Below, in pieces: positions 10,101 to 16,716 of a DNA stretch of 64,000 bases (within the stretch, counting starts at the first letter, position 1; every line of letters starts with the position of its first letter). The notes under the pieces are model-generated. The model had not been told where the DNA came from, did not search any database, and worked only from the letters and a program-made list of their open reading frames with translations. The translations under genes and the position numbers were made by a program. Origin of the DNA: Candidatus Multivorans sp. (GTDB lineage: Bacteria; Acidobacteriota; Thermoanaerobaculia; Multivoradales; Multivoraceae); contig CBDCVC010000002.1 in the NCBI GenBank assembly GCA_965222875.1, positions 802,835 through 866,834 on the forward strand, written 5' to 3'.

Positions 10101-11225
10101 CTCGCTATCGGCCAGGCGAACCTTCGCCAGCAACGGCGCCGCCTCCTCAGCGAACAGGCCACCGTTGTAGGGCGGGAGTCCGATCGACGAATCGCCGCGG
10201 TCGATCTGCCGGAAGAGCTCCAGGAGACGGTTCCAATAGTTGGCCGCCGTGCTCGAGAGCGTGTCCCGCTCAGCCACTCTGCGAGCGATGTCGTCGCGCA
10301 CCCTCCCTCGCAGTCCGTAGTCGTCGTACCTCGAATCGTTCACCGGCAGCAGGCCGCGATCCTCGGCGTAGAGCACGAACAGCAGCCGGTAGAGAAAGAT
10401 CAGCGCAGCGTCCCGGATCTCGTGGAGATCGGCTGACGGCGCCTCTGCGGCCAACGCATTCAAGAGCCGGGGAAACGCATCGTCGAAAACGACCCTGGAC
10501 AGGTCCTCGGCAACCCTCTCCTCGTAGCGTTTCCCCTCCGCGATGGCCGAGTCGATGAAGGTCTCCGTGGCGCCGTCCTGCAGAGCGAAAGCACTGCGGC
10601 CGAACAGGAGAAAGAACGTTCTCAGACCGTCCTCGTCGCCCTGTTCCAACATCGCCCGAAGGTCCGCCTCGAAGTACCCACTCGCGCGGGGGCGAGCGCG
10701 ATGGTCGTAGAGCCGCCAGACACCGCCGTTCGTCAAGATGCCCCAACGGATTCGGCCATCCGAGACACTCTCGGCGGTGGCCAGATACCGGAGAATCTGC
10801 CCGTGTGGCGTACCCACATACAAGCGACCGGCACGGTCCCGGCCATCCAGAGGCAGACCGAACCGCTTGCTCTCCTGGACCAGGAGAGCGTCGGGATAGC
10901 GGTCGCCGGGAACGGCACGTTGGTTGGCGCGGGCCTTTGATTCGGCGTCTTCGAACAGCAGGTGGTCCGGGACGTCCTCGCCCCGCGCAGTCGCCTGCTG
11001 CGGCAGGTAGTGCGACCATCCGAGCAGCTCCAGGATGGGCCGGATCAGATCCGCCTCGGTGACCGCCTCATTCGGATCGCTGGAGCGGCTGAACGCCGCG
11101 AGGAGAGTGGGGACACCCGCCTGGAACTCGGCGAAGGTCTCCGGGTCACGGACCGACTCCCGCCACTCTGCCGTGTCCCGAATACCGTCGGTGAGGAAGT
11201 ACTGGGTGAAGAGTTGGCCAGGCAA
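7155..11225 (-). CDS. Single-polypeptide restriction-modification enzyme, type IIG/IIL (Eco57I/MmeI-like): N-terminal PD-ExK nuclease, gamma-class N6-adenine methyltransferase, and C-terminal target-recognition region
   Basis: 1356 aa. The N-terminal region has PD...E-S-K-like motifs (VPDHLLFEDAESK / YPDALLVQESKRFG). AdoMet motif I is VLDPAMGSGHFLV and catalytic motif IV is VIGNPPWDRIK, followed by INLYSLFVERTLNVLRPGGLMGLLVPSG. The roughly 450-aa C-terminal region is probably the TRD. No Walker-A helicase motifs are present, so it is not type ISP. No BREX or DISARM partner genes lie nearby. Confidence 0.7.
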   Translation of the reverse strand: MPGQLFTQYFLTDGIRDTAEWRESVRDPETFAEFQAGVPTLLAAFSRSSDPNEAVTEADLIRPILELLGWSHYLPQQATARGEDVPDHLLFEDAESKARANQRAVPGDRYPDALLVQESKRFGLPLDGRDRAGRLYVGTPHGQILRYLATAESVSDGRIRWGILTNGGVWRLYDHRARPRASGYFEADLRAMLEQGDEDGLRTFFLLFGRSAFALQDGATETFIDSAIAEGKRYEERVAEDLSRVVFDDAFPRLLNALAAEAPSADLHEIRDAALIFLYRLLFVLYAEDRGLLPVNDSRYDDYGLRGRVRDDIARRVAERDTLSSTAANYWNRLLELFRQIDRGDSSIGLPPYNGGLFAEEAAPLLAKVRLADSETAPVIFGLSHLGEGADGRARFVNYRDMSVQQLGSLYERLLEREPFREPSGAVKVRPNRFARKDSGSFYTPQELVDLIVEQSLKPLAEERLRAFEAKAEELKSDRRTKDERLAELALIDPAEAVLGLKVLDPAMGSGHFLVTAVDFLSDFVAELIEYVPAVPVWLEEPYESPLVRRIEAIRHGILLRAAESEWVIDEAQLTDQAIIRRMVLKRCIYGVDKNRLTVELAKVSLWLHSFTVGAPLSFLDHHLRCGDSLVGLRVGDGTDELSRLGGLIASSAIQGAENAVAGMELIEEMSDADVAEVRESARLFEGVDQATSELRRVLDFLCALRWLTAGMKKKQRNEFETRGLLEVIGAYPARAYSLLAEGPGAIDSTSASSDDAGLSRFVELWRDARALAERETFLHWEVAFPGVWRHWQRRSPEGGFDAVIGNPPWDRIKLQEVEWFGTRDPELARAPTAALRRKGIKKLRDRGEPLAAGFDEAKQRADSLLRLFRTSGDYPLLGRGDINLYSLFVERTLNVLRPGGLMGLLVPSGIYADKTAAPFFQSMSTRGRVAGLFDFENRRLGTGLPPFFPDVHRSFKFSALILGGAERTFAETPCGFFLDSAGDLSDPERCFPLSPADFTRVNPNTGTAPVFRTRRDAEITRRIYERHPVLVDRSSGGERRAWPVRYKTMFHMTNDSHLFRTAAELEADGCYPVAGNRWKRGEDAWLPLYEGKMVQAFDHRAASVVLNPENLNRPAQPREATLEEHANPSWSPAPQFWVSADDMDWPGSLDWALAFKDVTAPTNVRTMIAALVPRSGVGNTLPLLVPSGSDSTVADAEALWLLAANLNSFVFDFVARQKVQGQHLNWFIVEQLPVIAAGDYERQFGNKTALDIVHDHVLRLTYTAHDMEPFAKDLGYDGPPFAWDEEGRRHLRARLDALYFLLYGLSSEDAEYVMGTFPIVRRQDEAEFGGYRSNNLILAYMNALAAGDTEAKVAT

Positions 11226-11584
11226 GGTCGTCTCAATGGAGCATTGAAGGCGGGGGGCGACCGAAACGTCGCCGGGTTGGCGAAAACGAGAGCCTGGAGT
11301 CTAGGGCTTTGCGCGCCAGAAGCAAGCTCGCCGCCGGGTCGGCCAGGACGCCTACCGGTCCAACCCGGACGCCTTCCCCGTCGTGAGTCCGCGGTTCACC
11401 GGTTCCGATTGAGCGGGCCCGAGGAGGGTGCCAACGGGCCATCTGCACCGAGTTAATTTACTTGTGTTTATCGAGCACACGTGCTATATTACTTGGCCTC
11501 GTCGGAGGCCCAAGACGGCCGGTTTCACGGCCTCCGACACGCGCCAACCCGGACCGTCAGGTCCCAGCCTAGGGTGCCAACCAA

Positions 11585-13030
11585 ATGATTGACAAACAAA
11601 CCGGCATGAGCAGCAAGGAGCGCATGGGCGAGGAGATCGCGGCGCTCGCCGCGCGCATTGACGCGGCGACCTATGAGCTGCTCGTCCTGATCCGCAAGTT
11701 CGATGAAAAGGAAGGCTGGAACCGCGGCTTCCTCACTTGCGCCCACTGGCTCACCTGGCGGATCGGTCTGGCGCCCGGCGCGGCCCGTGAGCGGGTGCGA
11801 GTCGCCCGGGCTCTGGGCGACCTGCCCTTGATGAGTGCGGCAATGAGCAGGGGCGAGCTCTCCTACTCCAAGGTGAGGGCGCTCACCCGCATCGCCACGC
11901 CCGACACCGAGCAGTCGCTGGTGGACCTGGGCAAGACCGGAACCGCGGCGCAGGTCGAGCGAGTGGTGAGAAGCTGGCGAAGGATCGACCGCACGGTCGA
12001 GGCCTATGACGATGAGCTGCGCGACGCGTCGAGTCACGTGACGACCCACATCGACGAGAACGGCATGTTCGTGATCCGCGGATGTCTGGCGCCGGAGGCG
12101 GGCGAAGTGCTGATGAAGGCACTCGATGCGGCGGGCGACAGGCTCTATGCCGAGCAGCGGGAAGACAAACCACCGGTCGGCAAGATCCGCGCCGATGCGC
12201 TTGCCCTCGTGGCCGAGAGCGCGCTCAGGGCCGGTCTCGATCCGGGATCGAGCGGTGACCGCTACCTGGTCGTGGTTCATGCGAACGAGGCGGAGCTGAC
12301 GGCGCAGGAGAGCGCGACGGCTGACAGCCGGGCTCACGTTCCCGCGGGAACGTCCGGGGCTCGCGTTCCCACGGAAACGCGAGGGGACCGCGACACGGAT
12401 GCGGGCGAGACGCCGGCGTTGCCAGGAGTTGCCAACGGCGCCTGGCTCGGGACCGCCCATGTCCCCGTTTCCGCGGAAACAGCCCGGAGGATCGCCTGCG
12501 ACGCCGGCAGAGTCTCGATGGCCCACCGGAACGGCCAGATCCTGAGCGTTGGCCGCAAGACCCGCACGATTCCGCCGCCGATCCGCCGGGCCCTGGAGTT
12601 TCGCGACCAGGGTTGCCGCTTCCCCGGCTGCACATCGCAGCATTGCGACGCTCACCACATCGTCCACTGGGCCGACGGCGGCGAAACGAAGCTCTCGAAC
12701 CTCGTGCTTCTCTGCCGCCGGCACCACCGCCTGCTCCACGAAGGCGGCTTCACCGTGAAGATGAACGAGGAACGCGCCGTTCAGTTCCGCGACAAACGTG
12801 GTCGGCCGCTGGAGCGCAGCCCGGCGCCGCCACCAGTTGGCTCGTACCCTGCCCGCGAGCTGATCCGCCAGTTGGAGGACGCCGGCATCCTGATCACCGG
12901 CAAGGAGTCAATGCCGGCCTGGGACGGCACACCGATGGACCTGCCCTACGTGATGGAGTGCCTGTGGCGACCGCCGCCGCATCTCGAAGCAGCGGTTGCC
13001 CGGGAACGAAACACATCGCACGCCGCGTAG
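11585..13030 (+). CDS. DUF222 / HNH endonuclease-signature protein (REP13E12-like family)
   Basis: 481 aa with an N-terminal DUF222-like region and a C-terminal HNH region with Cys/His ligands (GCRFPGCTSQHCDAHHIVHWADGGETKLSNLVLLCRRHHRLLHEGG). Confidence 0.8.
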   Translation: MIDKQTGMSSKERMGEEIAALAARIDAATYELLVLIRKFDEKEGWNRGFLTCAHWLTWRIGLAPGAARERVRVARALGDLPLMSAAMSRGELSYSKVRALTRIATPDTEQSLVDLGKTGTAAQVERVVRSWRRIDRTVEAYDDELRDASSHVTTHIDENGMFVIRGCLAPEAGEVLMKALDAAGDRLYAEQREDKPPVGKIRADALALVAESALRAGLDPGSSGDRYLVVVHANEAELTAQESATADSRAHVPAGTSGARVPTETRGDRDTDAGETPALPGVANGAWLGTAHVPVSAETARRIACDAGRVSMAHRNGQILSVGRKTRTIPPPIRRALEFRDQGCRFPGCTSQHCDAHHIVHWADGGETKLSNLVLLCRRHHRLLHEGGFTVKMNEERAVQFRDKRGRPLERSPAPPPVGSYPARELIRQLEDAGILITGKESMPAWDGTPMDLPYVMECLWRPPPHLEAAVARERNTSHAA

Positions 13031-13047
13031 AGGCCAAGGTCCGGCAT

Positions 13048-13076
13048 GACGGCGAGGTCCGGGACCTCGATTCGCC
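13048..13076 (+). repeat. Direct repeat copy 1 (28/29 nt, GACGGCGAGGTCCGGGACCTCGATTCGCC)
   Basis: Matches 13483-13510 with 2 mismatches. Reads in frame as ...DGEVRDLDSP. Confidence 0.7.
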
Positions 13077-13115
13077 ATCCGACGTGGGCTGAGGCGGTAT
13101 TCTCAACCGGCCTCG

Positions 13116-13541
13116 ATGCCAACCCCAACACCCGAAACCGACGCGATCGTCGCGACGCTGCGGTCCGAACTCCACGCCGAGCCGGACATCATCGCCGCCT
13201 ACCTCTACGGGTCCGTCGCCCGCGGCACTCAGCGCCGCGACAGCGATGTCGATGTAGGCCTCCTGCTCGAATCGGATCCTCCGGACACACTCGAGAGCCG
13301 CCGCCTGGACCTCGCCGCCCACATCGAGGAAAGGACGGGGCGACCAGCACAGATCGTCATCCTCAATCGAGCCCCGTGCGACCTCGCCCACCGGGTTCGC
13401 CGAGACGGCAAACTGCTGATCGACCGCGCCCCACGAAGCCTGGTCGCTGGCAGAACTCGCCGACCGCTTTCTCGTTCTGCGCGACGGCGAGATCCGGGAA
13501 CTCGATTCGCTGCCCGGAACGGGCGCAACCTGGAGGACACC
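13116..13541 (+). CDS. Minimal nucleotidyltransferase (MNT, Pol-beta superfamily; candidate orphan antitoxin-type NTase); the frame has no stop and runs on into the downstream VOC gene
   Basis: The GS-x9-10-DxD signature is LYGSVARGTQRRDSDVDVGLL, and the MNT core is complete by about aa 105. The same frame continues without a stop to 13973 through the VOC start codon. Confidence 0.6.
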
Positions 13542-13545
13542 ATGA
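13420..13545 (+). pseudogene. Relic of the 3' end of an ABC-transporter ATPase gene
   Basis: Frame +2 reads STAPHEAWSLAELADRFLVLRDGEIRELDSLPGTGATWRTP*. ADRxxVLRDGxI is the canonical C-terminal ABC ATPase motif. There is no start codon. The stop TGA overlaps the VOC ATG (ATGA). Confidence 0.5.
13483..13510 (+). repeat. Direct repeat copy 2 (GACGGCGAGATCCGGGAACTCGATTCGC)
   Basis: Pairs with 13048-13076. It lies inside the ABC-ATPase relic frame (DGEIRELDSL). Confidence 0.7.
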
Positions 13546-13973
13546 AGAATCCACCTGAAGGCTGGCCGAGAATCTCGTCCGCCCTCTTCTACGATGACGC
13601 GGCGGCCGCGATCGACTGGCTGACCCGGGCGTTCGGATTCGCGGTGCAGGAGCGGGTCGAGGACGAGCAGGGGAGAATCGTCCATTCGCAGCTCGTCCTG
13701 GACGGCGGTCTCATCATGGTCGGACAGACGGATCTGCAACCCGACCGGGCGTACCAGCAGTCTCCACAGGCGGTCGCCGGCGCGAACACGCAGTCGCTGG
13801 CCGTGTACGTCGACGACGCCGACGCGCACTGCGAGCGGGCGCGGGCGGCCGGCGCCGCGATCACGATCGAGCCCGCGACTCAGGACTACGGCGAGAGCTA
13901 CTGGGTCGACCGGAGCTACGGCGCCCGGGACCTTGAGGGACACTATTGGTGGTTCCTCCAGCGCCTGCGCTGA
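13542..13973 (+). CDS. VOC family protein (glyoxalase/bleomycin-resistance fold)
   Basis: RBS GGAGGACACC precedes the ATG. MKNPPEGWPRISSALFYDDAAAAIDWLTRAFGF...GESYWVDRSYGARDLEGHYWWF is the typical VOC/PhnB-like pattern. Confidence 0.75.
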   Translation: MKNPPEGWPRISSALFYDDAAAAIDWLTRAFGFAVQERVEDEQGRIVHSQLVLDGGLIMVGQTDLQPDRAYQQSPQAVAGANTQSLAVYVDDADAHCERARAAGAAITIEPATQDYGESYWVDRSYGARDLEGHYWWFLQRLR

Positions 13974-13982
13974 CGGCGCCCC

Positions 13983-14693
13983 TCACTCCCCATCCACCCC
14001 CTCGTTCAGGATCTTCAGGTACTCGCTGTAGACGTACGCCCGGTTCCGGCTGAAGCCGGTGATCTCCCGGACGAGGCCTGCGCGTTCCAGGAGTCTCAGC
14101 GCAGCCGAGACGGTCGGGAACGCGAGTCCGGTGCGCTTGCAGGTTTCCGGGATGGAGAGGATTGGACGTTCCTGTAGGGCTTCGTGGACCCGTAGTGCGG
14201 AGCCGGCGCGCCGGCCCTCCGTCGCGAGACGTTGCCGGTCGGCCGTGAATCGCTCGGTGAGGCGACCCACAGTGGCGGCGGCGTTCTCGGCCGTCTCCTG
14301 CACGCCTTGGAGGAAGAACGCCAGCCAAGCCTCCCAATCGCCGGTGTGCCGAACACGGTCGAGCAGCTCGTAGTAGCGCTCTCGATGGCGCTTGAAGTAC
14401 ACGCTGAGGTAGAGCAGCGGTTGGCGCAGTAGGCCCGCCTCGCACAGCAACAGCGTGATCAGCAGACGGCCGACGCGGCCGTTGCCGTCGAGAAACGGGT
14501 GAATCGTCTCGAACTGGACGTGAGCCAGACCAGCACGCATCAACGCCGGCAGGCCGTCGTCCTTCGCGTGCAGAAAGCCCTCGAGTTCGCCCATGCAATC
14601 GGGCACGGCGAGGTGCGGCGGCGGCACGAAGACTGCGTTGCCCGGGCGTACGGGGAACAGCAGACCCTGTTCGGCAGGTTCAGCCTTACAGCG
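13983..14693 (-). pseudogene. Fic/Doc family protein, 5'-truncated (N-terminal about 150 aa missing)
   Basis: Fic motif HPFLDGNGRVGR. The frame is open upstream only to a TGA at 14694-14696; it reads ...GNAVFVPPPHLAVPDCMGELEGFLH..., matching the Fic region just before the motif, but the expected N-terminal helices are absent. The first possible start is GTG at 14627. Confidence 0.7.
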
Positions 14694-14743
14694 TCACCGC
14701 AATGCGACGCGGTACCCTTCTCAACGGACCAGAGGCTGAACCC

Positions 14744-15706
14744 ATGTTCGACACGCGACCCGCCCTGCTCGCGATGGAGTTTCCGCCGCTCCGTCGCCGG
14801 CGCATCGCCACCTTGCAGGTGAACCTCGGCTACCGCTGCAACCTCAGTTGCGTGCACTGTCACGTCAACGCCGGCCCTCACCGGACGGAGATGATGTCCA
14901 CTGCCATCGTGGACGACGTGATCGCGGTAATCGACCGGCTGGACATCGAGACACTCGATCTCACCGGCGGAGCGCCGGAGTTGCATCCCGAGTTCCGCCG
15001 CCTGGCGAAGGAGGCGCGCCGGCGGAGCATCGAGGTGATCGACCGCTGCAACCTGACGGTGCTGTTCGAACCAGGCCAGGAGACGCTGGCCGCTTTCCTG
15101 GCCCGGGAAGAAGTCACGGTGGTGGCCTCCCTGCCCTGCTACCTCGAAGAGAACGTCGAGCAGCAGCGCGGCAAGGGCGTGTACGGGGACAGCATCCGGG
15201 CTCTCAAGCTGCTGAACGACCTCGGTTACGGACAGGACGACGCGCGGCGGCTCCACCTGGTCTTCAATCCCACGGGCGCCGTGCTGCCGCCGCCGCAGGC
15301 AGAACTCGAAGCGGACTACAAGCGCGAACTCCAGGAACGTTTCGGCGTCGTCTTCGACCAACTCTTCGTGCTCACCAACATGCCCATCAACCGCTTCGGC
15401 GCCGTCCTGAGGGCGCAGGGCAAGCTGGACGACTACATGGCGCTGCTGCGGGACAACCACAGCGCCGAGAACCTACCGACCGTCATGTGCCGCGACACGA
15501 TCAGCGCCGACTGGCAGGGCAACCTGTACGACTGCGACTTCAACCAGATGCTGGGGCTTCCGGCCATGGTGGACGGCCGACCCGCGCGCCTCGCCGATCT
15601 CGTCCGGGGCGGACCGCTCGAGAAAGCCTGTATCGCCACGGCCGGGCACTGCTTCGGCTGCACCGCCGGCCAGGGCAGTAGCTGCACCGGCGCTCTGGAC
15701 GGCTGA
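14744..15706 (+). CDS. Radical SAM / Cys-rich domain protein (ArsS / TIGR04167-like)
   Basis: CX3CX2C motif LGYRCNLSCVHCHV and a C-terminal Cys-rich tail CIATAGHCFGCTAGQGSSCTG. The probable start is MFDTRPALLAMEF at 14744; the ORF-track start is 14702. Confidence 0.7.
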   Translation: MFDTRPALLAMEFPPLRRRRIATLQVNLGYRCNLSCVHCHVNAGPHRTEMMSTAIVDDVIAVIDRLDIETLDLTGGAPELHPEFRRLAKEARRRSIEVIDRCNLTVLFEPGQETLAAFLAREEVTVVASLPCYLEENVEQQRGKGVYGDSIRALKLLNDLGYGQDDARRLHLVFNPTGAVLPPPQAELEADYKRELQERFGVVFDQLFVLTNMPINRFGAVLRAQGKLDDYMALLRDNHSAENLPTVMCRDTISADWQGNLYDCDFNQMLGLPAMVDGRPARLADLVRGGPLEKACIATAGHCFGCTAGQGSSCTGALDG

Positions 15707-15711
15707 CTGCC

Positions 15712-15775
15712 GGCCATGTGCAGGAACTTTGAATACTTCTCGTTTACGCCTTAGTTGCGCTATGATGCTCTCTTC
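15712..15775 (+). promoter_or_regulatory. AT-rich spacer upstream of imuA with promoter-like hexamers
   Basis: The local GC drop reads GGAACTTTGAATACTTCTCGTTTACGCCTTAGTTGCGCTATGATGCTC, with a TATGAT -10-like hexamer. No canonical SOS box was recognised. Confidence 0.3.
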
Positions 15776-16694
15776 CCACTTCCCGTTTCTCTCGTTCCGC
15801 TTCGACGCCGTGACTTCCCTGCCCGCAGCTCTCACCGACGCGCAGTGGCCGCGGGCACTCGTGCGCCAGCTCCGGCGCGGGCGGGAGCTGGTGGGCAATG
15901 GTCCCGCAATCGGAATCCAGGAGACGGACGCCGATCTGTTCGCCACGCGGCTTCGCGGTGTCGACCTGTTGCTCGGCGGCGGGATCTGCCGCGGGCAGAC
16001 GGTCGAGTTGGTCGGCCACCGAAGCAGCGGTCGCTTCTCCCTGGTGCTGGAGCTCCTGGCCGGCGCCACCCAGAGCGGTGAATCGGCGGCGCTGGTCGAC
16101 CTGGGAGATCACTTCGATCCACAGGCGGCGGCGCGCGCCGGGGTCGTCCTCGAACGGCTGCTCTGGGCGCGGCCCCAGCGATTGAAGCAAGCGCTGGGCA
16201 GTGCCGAAGTGCTGATCGGCGGCGGCTTCCCCCTGGTCGCGATCGACCTCGGACTGCCTCCGGTGCCCGGCGGCCGCGGCAAGGAGTCCGCGTGGTTGCG
16301 GCTGCGGCGGGCGGCGCTGGATCACCAGGCGGCGCTGCTGATCGCCAGCCCGTACCGCGCCGGCGGTACGGCGCCGCAGAAGATTCTCGAACTGGGTTCC
16401 CGCGCGTCGCCGGTCCGGAATGCGGGCGAGACGCCCGCGTTCCCAGGGGGCGAGACGCCGCCGGTTCGCGCTCTCTGGGCGCAGGCCGCGCCGAGAAGCC
16501 CGCGGTTGCTCGACGGGCTCGCGACCCGCCTGGAACTCGCCAAGTCGCGCGGCGCACGGCCGGGCGCCGCGACCGATGTCGAACTGCGCGTTCGCACCAG
16601 CAGCCTGCGGCGCCCCCTGCCCGGCACGCCGTCCCGACCTGCGAAGAACAGCTCCGCCGGCTCGCCCGCCGAGGTGCTGAGACGTGCCGGCTAA
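15762..16694 (+). CDS. imuA: ImuA-like RecA-fold protein of the imuA-imuB-dnaE2 mutagenesis cassette (start uncertain)
   Basis: The pattern TRLRGVDLLLGGGICRGQTVELVGHRSSGRFSLVLELLAGA...AALVDLGDHFDPQAAARAGVVLERLLWARP...LIGGGFPLVAIDLG is typical of ImuA/SulA-like proteins. It lies immediately upstream of, and overlaps, imuB. The ORF-track start is 15729; GTG at 15806 is an alternative start. Confidence 0.6.
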   Translation: MMLSSHFPFLSFRFDAVTSLPAALTDAQWPRALVRQLRRGRELVGNGPAIGIQETDADLFATRLRGVDLLLGGGICRGQTVELVGHRSSGRFSLVLELLAGATQSGESAALVDLGDHFDPQAAARAGVVLERLLWARPQRLKQALGSAEVLIGGGFPLVAIDLGLPPVPGGRGKESAWLRLRRAALDHQAALLIASPYRAGGTAPQKILELGSRASPVRNAGETPAFPGGETPPVRALWAQAAPRSPRLLDGLATRLELAKSRGARPGAATDVELRVRTSSLRRPLPGTPSRPAKNSSAGSPAEVLRRAG

Positions 16695-16716
16695 ACGCAA
16701 CTCCCGGATCGCCTGC

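Noticed and set aside
11226-11584. CACGTG-centred palindrome and TATATT hexamer in the RM / DUF222-HNH divergent spacer as a controller-protein (C-box) site
   Set aside because: There is only a 6-bp palindrome and no C-protein gene, which is too weak to call. It is noted only as the likely shared promoter region.
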